Shown here piece by piece: positions 56,884 through 64,000 of a DNA stretch of 64,000 bases. Source of the stretch: Eledone cirrhosa (taxonomy: Eukaryota). A program made the translations under genes and the position numbers. The DNA is taken from contig OZ024745.1 of the NCBI GenBank assembly GCA_964016885.1, positions 31,248,001-31,312,000 of the forward strand, given 5' to 3'. Each line of letters starts with the position of its first letter. Position 1 is the first letter of the stretch. The notes below the pieces were generated by a model. That model was given only the letters and a program-made list of their open reading frames with translations. It had not been told where the DNA came from and ran no database searches.

Positions 56884-58896
56884 TTAATTAGGTTTATAAT
56901 ATTTAAATGTTTTTTTTAGTTTATGATTACACGATATAATTAATTCCTGTCGTTTATTTAATAAGATATCCTTAGACTTCATTATTTCAAATAGTTCTTG
57001 GGAACATAATCTACATTCCTTTCTATTATTTTGATAAGGGGTGGCTCTTTTGAGCACACTCCAGGTCAAATCATATTTTATATTCTTATTTTTATAACTA
57101 TTGATTTTTTCTGCTAGAGATGTTGTATTAGCCAGTGCGGCATTTTTAAAACTATGCTTGTGGGTATTAAACCTTGTCTTAAAATTGTTAGAGGTAGCTC
57201 CTATATATGAGCAAATAGAATCTTTAGTTTTAACATTACATTTATAGACTATGTTGTTAACAAGACAATTCCCTTTTAATGGGCAGTTTGTTTTGTTTCT
57301 ACAGTTACATCCTTTCGTTAATTCTGTATTTGAGGAGATATTATTGTTAATTTGATGTACTGGTGGTATACTTATGGTTTTCTTACATTTATATGCATTA
57401 TATGCACTTATATTTTGTTTTATGTTATTTGTTGTAGAGTATGAGAATTTAACTGTAGACCTATTTAAGATTTGATGGTATTTGTGGTTTGGCGGGAAGT
57501 TTTTCTCAAGAATATAAAAAAATTTTTTAGCAATATTATCCTTAACTTGTAAATTAAAAGGAGCATTATACCAAGTAACTCGTCTATTACGGTTTCTATG
57601 TTGTTTATTATTTTTATTATTTTTATAGGTTGTATCATGATTTTTACTAGGAGGATTAATGTTAATGATCTCACCACAACTATTTTTAGTTATATTTGTA
57701 GATTTAGGTGTTTTATCTTTTTTATTAGGAGTTTTATTATTAATATTTATTATAGTTGTATGATGAGTAGTTTTTTGAGGGTTACTATACTTTATATTAG
57801 AAGATTTAGTATTTTGGGGTATATTGTGGGTGGCATTTAGGTGTGTACTTTTCATTTGGTGTTTGTTGGTAATATTATGCTGTATGCTTTCAGTATTTTT
57901 AGTAGAAGGTATATACTCTAATCTATTTTTGTGGCCACTTCTATCTAGAGCTTCATTATAAAAGGTCGCATTTTTATCAAATACATCTTGGTTAGAAGAA
58001 AGGTTAGAAATTCTAAGTGATATATTATATGCAAGGTTTTTAAGGATAGATTTAGGGTGATTAGATTGTGAGTGTATGTAATGTAAGTTTTGGTTAGGTT
58101 TATGGTAAGGTTGGTATATACCCGTAGCTAAATCTAAAGTTATATCTAGGAAATTTACTACTTTACTTGTTTTTTCAAAAGTAATATTAAGATTATAATA
58201 GTCTTTAAGGAAAGTTCTAATATGTTTTTTGTTTTTTTCGATTTCTGAAAGGCTAAGGTTGTTAGAAAGAAGAAGACAGTCATCACGATATAAACCACCT
58301 TTGAGGTGGGGAAAAGAGGCATTTATGTTGAAAAGGAGAAAGAGGCCCACAAGATCAGTAATTTGGGCGGAATCGCTTGAACCCATAGTAATATCAAAAA
58401 GATTACTGTATGTGTTTCTGGTCCAGTATTCATTCTGAAATTCAATAAGTGTTAGTCTAGCATGTGTAATAATGTTAATGTCATCCGAAGTTAAATTAGA
58501 TCTATTTTTAGCAAATATTAATGCTTTGTTCAGGAGTATAGGTGATATAGAAGAATAGTAATTATCTATATCAAATTGTAGGAAAGAAGCAGAAGATTTA
58601 CACCTAATATTTTTAAACCAGTTAATTACCTGGGAGGTGTTTTCCCAGAGTGGTAAAATAACGTGTTTTCTTATTTGTGGGATGACTCTATCTAAAATGT
58701 TTTTGCTAATTATTCCAATATCTGATTTAGAGGGACATATAAGTCTAATAGAAGGATTAGAGTTAAAGTTAGATTTGTGATCTTTCAGGTTGAAGTGTGG
58801 TCTTTTCAATGCCAAAGGTTCAGTTCTATCTTCAATGTTTAGTTTTTTTACTATGTTGTGTGTTTTGTTGTTGATGTTGGTGAGTGACACATTATT
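56884..58896 (-). CDS. Penelope-like reverse transcriptase + C-terminal GIY-YIG endonuclease (N-terminally truncated, uninterrupted)
   Basis: LKDHK..F..NP..RLI.P.KS.IG, FLQFDIDNYYSSI, TMGS.DSAQITDL, GLYRDD, VNFLDITLDL, YHKP, SNHP; EN with CNCR..CPL.G.C, IVY/YIG, CRLC..E, LLNKRQE..SCNH. Track start MMYWWYT lies in the inverted arm and is artefactual. Confidence 0.93.
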   Translation of the reverse strand, partial: NNVSLTNINNKTHNIVKKLNIEDRTEPLALKRPHFNLKDHKSNFNSNPSIRLICPSKSDIGIISKNILDRVIPQIRKHVILPLWENTSQVINWFKNIRCKSSASFLQFDIDNYYSSISPILLNKALIFAKNRSNLTSDDINIITHARLTLIEFQNEYWTRNTYSNLFDITMGSSDSAQITDLVGLFLLFNINASFPHLKGGLYRDDCLLLSNNLSLSEIEKNKKHIRTFLKDYYNLNITFEKTSKVVNFLDITLDLATGIYQPYHKPNQNLHYIHSQSNHPKSILKNLAYNISLRISNLSSNQDVFDKNATFYNEALDRSGHKNRLEYIPSTKNTESIQHNITNKHQMKSTHLNATHNIPQNTKSSNIKYSNPQKTTHHTTIININNKTPNKKDKTPKSTNITKNSCGEIININPPSKNHDTTYKNNKNNKQHRNRNRRVTWYNAPFNLQVKDNIAKKFFYILEKNFPPNHKYHQILNRSTVKFSYSTTNNIKQNISAYNAYKCKKTISIPPVHQINNNISSNTELTKGCNCRNKTNCPLKGNCLVNNIVYKCNVKTKDSICSYIGATSNNFKTRFNTHKHSFKNAALANTTSLAEKINSYKNKNIKYDLTWSVLKRATPYQNNRKECRLCSQELFEIMKSKDILLNKRQELIISCNHKLKKTFKYYKPN

Positions 58897-59914
58897 AGTA
58901 TACCACCAGTACATCAAATTAACAATAATATCTCCTCAAATACAGAATTAACGAAAGGATGTAACTGTAGAAACAAAACAAACTGCCCATTAAAAGGGAA
59001 TTGTCTTGTTAACAACATAGTCTATAAATGTAATGTTAAAACTAAAGATTCTATTTGCTCATATATAGGAGCTACCTCTAACAATTTTAAGACAAGGTTT
59101 AATACCCACAAGCATAGTTTTAAAAATGCCGCACTGGCTAATACAACATCTCTAGCAGAAAAAATCAATAGTTATAAAAATAAGAATATAAAATATGATT
59201 TGACCTGGAGTGTGCTCAAAAGAGCCACCCCTTATCAAAATAATAGAAAGGAATGTAGATTATGTTCCCAAGAACTATTTGAAATAATGAAGTCTAAGGA
59301 TATCTTATTAAATAAACGACAGGAATTAATTATATCGTGTAATCATAAACTAAAAAAAACATTTAAATATTATAAACCTAATTAATAACATTATTCTAGA
59401 AATTAATTTAATTTAAATGTTAGTTAACCTATAAATTTAATTTAATTAATATTTTATTACAGATGAGAAAATATTATGTAATCATAAATTGTGAAAAACC
59501 TTTAAATATTACTAATATATACTTAGTAATTTAATTTATAGATTAATTTTAATTTATTTAAACCTTTTATTATAATTCTTTTACAGATAAAATATAACAA
59601 AATAATATCATGTATCCAATGACGGAGAAATAATTTTTAGTATTATAGACCTAATTAATATACATTTTGGAAATATATTTATTATTTGGTTTTAGTTTTA
59701 ATCAACCTAAAAATTTTAATTTTAATTTGCTTAAAATTAGTATCCTTATACAGACGAATTGCAGAATGTCATGTAATCATAGAATGGGATGTGTTTTGGA
59801 TATATACCTAGTTAATATATTCTGTGCAATTTTTTGAAAAAGATATGTATATGTATATGTGTATGTATATGTGTGTGTTGTGTATGTGTATCTGTATGTA
59901 TGTATATATGTGTA

Positions 59915-59961
<47 letters not shown>

Positions 59962-61109
59962 ATATGTATGTATATGTGTATGTGTATGTATATGTATATG
60001 TATGCGTATTAATTTTGATTTCTATTTGCATATAATTATATTATGCTATTGATGAAATACAATATCTGCTTTATGTATTGTATACCTAATTAACATATAC
60101 TAATTAACGTATACTATTGAAATAAATATATAATTTTTAATTTAGTTAACATATAATTTATATGCTACTACCGATGTAATACTTTATTTTATTTTTATTT
60201 GGGTTTCTTTTCCCTATTACTAAATTCATCTCCTAATATTGATACCATAACGTTATTAACTTTAATTTAGTTATACTGTAATTAATAATCTACTACTGTT
60301 TGACTTCAAAATTCTGCTTCAAATATTATAAACCTAACTAATTTACACCTTAGAAATCAATATGTTGACTATCTTTGGTTTAGTTAACATATGATTAATG
60401 GTATACTTATTTATTTTGAGATGCATAGATTTCGTATTTCCTAGCACTGAAAATATGTAAGAACATACATTGAATTAAGATACGGAAAATATTATATGTT
60501 TCTTGAAACATATATTTACTTTGATCCCCTTCTCCAAACCCCCCCTTTCCCCCATACTATTATCATCTGTATTTGTAAGCGTCTATGTATGAATATATAT
60601 GTAGGTAGGTGTCTATATAGGTTTGGGTATTTATATCTAAATATAAAAATACATATATGAGCATGCAAATATGAATGTAAGATTGTGTGTGTATATATGA
60701 TTGTACATACATATGTATGTATATATATGTATATATATGCATTATATATGTATGTGTATGTGAATGTGTTGTATGTATATGTGTATGTATGTGTATATAT
60801 GTGTATGTATGTGTATGCTTGTATATATAGGAATATATATATGTGTATATATGTATGTATATGTATATGCGTGTATGTATGTATGTGTATGTGTGTTGTG
60901 TATATATATGTATGTCTCTCTATTTATATGTTTATCTTCGTATCTATGTGATATATGTGTGTGTGGTTGCACGTATGCATATGTATGTGTTTGTGTGTGT
61001 TTGTATGTGTGTGTGTATATATGTGTATGTGCGCACACACACATACACATATATATATATATATGTGAGTGTGTATGTGTGTCTGTGTGTGTGTGTGTGT
61101 GTGTATGTG

Positions 61110-61145
<36 letters not shown>

Positions 61146-61451
61146 GATATATATATATATATATATATAGGTGTCTATGTGTGAATATATGTCTTTATTC
61201 GTATGTGTGTATTTATGTATGTATATATTTATGTGTATGTATGTATGTGTATGTATGTATGTATATATATATATATATATATATGTATATGTATATATAT
61301 ATATATGTATATTATTCTTTATTATTATAATATAACTTATGTGTATATGTGTATAAGTGAGGTTGTGTATGTATATATAATATGTGTATATATAAGAGTA
61401 ATAAAATATATATATATATATATATGTGCATGTCTGTTTTTTATGTGTGTG

Positions 61452-61487
<36 letters not shown>

Positions 61488-61615
61488 TATACGTGTGTGT
61501 ATATAGATATATATATATATATGCATGTGGGTGTTTGTATGTGTATTTATGGTGGTATGAGTGTGTGGATATATATGTTTATATATATATATATATATAT
61601 ATATGTATGAGTCTA

Positions 61616-61668
<53 letters not shown>

Positions 61669-61986
61669 ATATATGTGTGTGTATATATATATATATGTGT
61701 ATGTATGTGTGTATATATATATATATCTCTATTAATGCGTGTGTGTATGTATATACATATGCCTTTTTATTATTATTTTTATTTGTATGTCTGAGTTTGG
61801 TGAGGTTGTATTGTTTTTTATGTATATACACATATATGGAAGCGTATATATTTATATATATGAGTATAAGTAGGTGCATATGTATGTATGATTATATATC
61901 TAATTCTATGTATGAAGGTACATCTATATATATATATATACGTGTGTATGTAAGTTGTGTGTGTATGTATCTATATGTCTATGTGA

Positions 61987-62030
<44 letters not shown>

Positions 62031-62119
62031 CGATGTGCGTATATGTATGTACATGTATGTACATGTATGTGTGTATGTATGTGTATGTATATTTAGATGT
62101 ATGTGTATGTATATGTATA

Positions 62120-62172
<53 letters not shown>

Positions 62173-63219
62173 ATATATATATATATGGATATATATCTTT
62201 ATTATCTATTTTTTATATATATGTGTATGTGTGTATGTGTTGCGCGTGTGTGTGTGTATATATATATCTTTTTATATGTGTATGTGTATGTTCGTGTAAG
62301 TGTATGTGTGTGTATGACTGTATATGTATGTGTGTATGTGTGTATGCGTAAATATCTCTATGTGCGCTTACATGTATGTATGTGTATATATATCTGTATG
62401 TGTATGTATATTATATTATATTTATTATATTTTATTGTTTTATTTTTTTATTTTTTTTATTTTTTTTTTATTTTTCTTAATTTATAGATACATTTATATT
62501 AGGCAGTCTGCTCAGACAATTGAATACTGACCCCTCCCCCCCCTCCCACCTAATTTCTGTATCTTGATCTTGAAATGTGTGTGCCAGTGTTTTATGTGAG
62601 TGATTTAATTTCTATGTGCTTATGATTTTATATCCACATATATAAATGTGAGTGGGGGAGTGTGTGTGTTTGTATGTTCGTGGTTATGTGTATATTTATG
62701 CATATACGCGCATGTATGTGTGATTATACTGATATATGTGAGTATGAAAAAATATATTTATATGCTTGACTCCATAAGTATCAATGCGCATCTTATCAGC
62801 GCATTAAGCTTACAGAGATATTAACCTTGAAATTTTGTGTTTGCATCCATCTTTTTAGTATGCGTATACAAATTATACACACATTTTTGTAAAATATGTG
62901 TAAGGATTTTACATGTATATACACACACCGAACTGCTTTTAACCCTTTGTGTTTTCATTGGTCAATTTTGAACTGATATTTTGAATTGTTGTTATTATCA
63001 ATAAATATACTTCATTATTTCTGAAGACGGCGTATATATGTGTTAGGTATGTATATTTAATCTTGATAATTTGTATAATTTTGTATAATTTTGTACATAG
63101 ATCTGTTGAATATGCATACCAATTATAACACATATATACCCTAGAAACGATCGTTAAATAATGAACTTTTTTTGTTTAATATAAGGAATTGTTTATTCAT
63201 TATTTGTTTAATATTTTAT
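58897..63219 (+). mobile_element. Inverted duplicate of the element's 3' 4.3 kb (GIY-YIG end, tail, HHR)
   Basis: Reverse complement of 53050-57372; differences seen are microsatellite lengths and one substitution near 61358. Confidence 0.93.
63011..63165 (+). ncRNA. Long-stem-II type I hammerhead ribozyme
   Basis: Stem I ttcattattt/aaataatgaa (10 bp), CTGAAGA 63021-63027, stem II 63028-63143, GAAA 63144-63147, palindromic ACGATCGT stem III, cleavage after GUU (63155). Confidence 0.8.
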
Positions 63220-63398
63220 ATCTATATATATATATCTATATATATCTATCTATATATATATATATCTATCTATATCTATCTATATCTATCTATATCTATA
63301 TATATCTATCTATCTATCTATATCTATATATATCTATCTATATCTATCTATCTATCTATCTATATCTATATCTATATATATCTATCTATCTATATATA

Positions 63399-63429
<31 letters not shown>

Positions 63430-63544
63430 ATATATCTATATATATCTATATATATCTATATATATATATATATATATATCTATATATATATATATATATC
63501 TATATATATATATATATATATATCTATATATATATATATATATA

Positions 63545-63579
<35 letters not shown>

Positions 63580-63983
63580 ATATATCTATCTATATATATA
63601 TATATATCTATATATATATAGATATATAGATATAGATAGATATATATATATCTATCTATATCTATATATATATAGATATATATATATATAGATATATATA
63701 TATATATATCTATATATATATAGATATATATATATATATATCTATATATATATAGATATATATATATAGATATATATATATATATATATCTATATCTATA
63801 TATATATAGATATATATATATATAGATATATATATATCTATATATATATATATCTATATATCTATATATATCTATATATATATATCTATATATATCTATA
63901 TATATATATATATCTATATATATATATATATCTATATATATCTATATATATCTATATCTATATATATCTATATATATATCTAT
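63220..63983. repeat. (TA)n/(TATC)n/(TAGA)n compound microsatellite
   Basis: Direct reading. Confidence 0.95.
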
Positions 63984-64000
63984 TGAGGATTTTGTTAAAA

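Larger units (their letters stand above)
52916..58896 (-). mobile_element. 5'-truncated Naiad-like Penelope retroelement
   Basis: RT + GIY-YIG ORF, ~3.8-kb 3' tail, terminal HHR, flanked by (TA)n; joined at its 5' end to an inverted copy of its own 3' part. Confidence 0.92.

Noticed and set aside
58897-58917. Start MMYWWYT of the 677-aa ORF
   Set aside because: Comes from the antisense of the inverted arm; the real N-terminus is missing
59455-59500. SECIS-like ATGA...AA...GA after the Naiad ORF
   Set aside because: Weak helix, derived from tandem copies of the ORF end, and no in-frame UGA to recode

Overview
AT-rich, microsatellite-dense eukaryotic DNA with no confidently identifiable host gene. 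The repeat content resembles octopus/cephalopod genomes (inference). It is mostly transposon-derived: tRNA-derived SINEs with clear TSDs, RTE-clade LINE fragments, an internally deleted DD37D (maT) Tc1/mariner element, pogo and CRE-like remnants, a nested Helitron-like cluster, a 34/32-bp minisatellite, multi-kb (TA)n arrays and a 200-N gap. The notable part is 45-64 kb. A young Penelope-like retroelement (RT + C-terminal GIY-YIG, Naiad-like) forms a ~4.3-kb near-perfect inverted repeat. Its ~3.8-kb 3' tail carries microsatellite-like DNA and ends in a type I hammerhead ribozyme (HHR) with an unusually long (~116 nt) stem II, supported by compensatory changes in a diverged copy. Two further HHR families occur: a minimal HHR in a ~325-bp unit with fixed ends (3 copies), and U3-A8 core-variant HHR-like motifs. 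All structures were read by eye; nothing was aligned or folded computationally.
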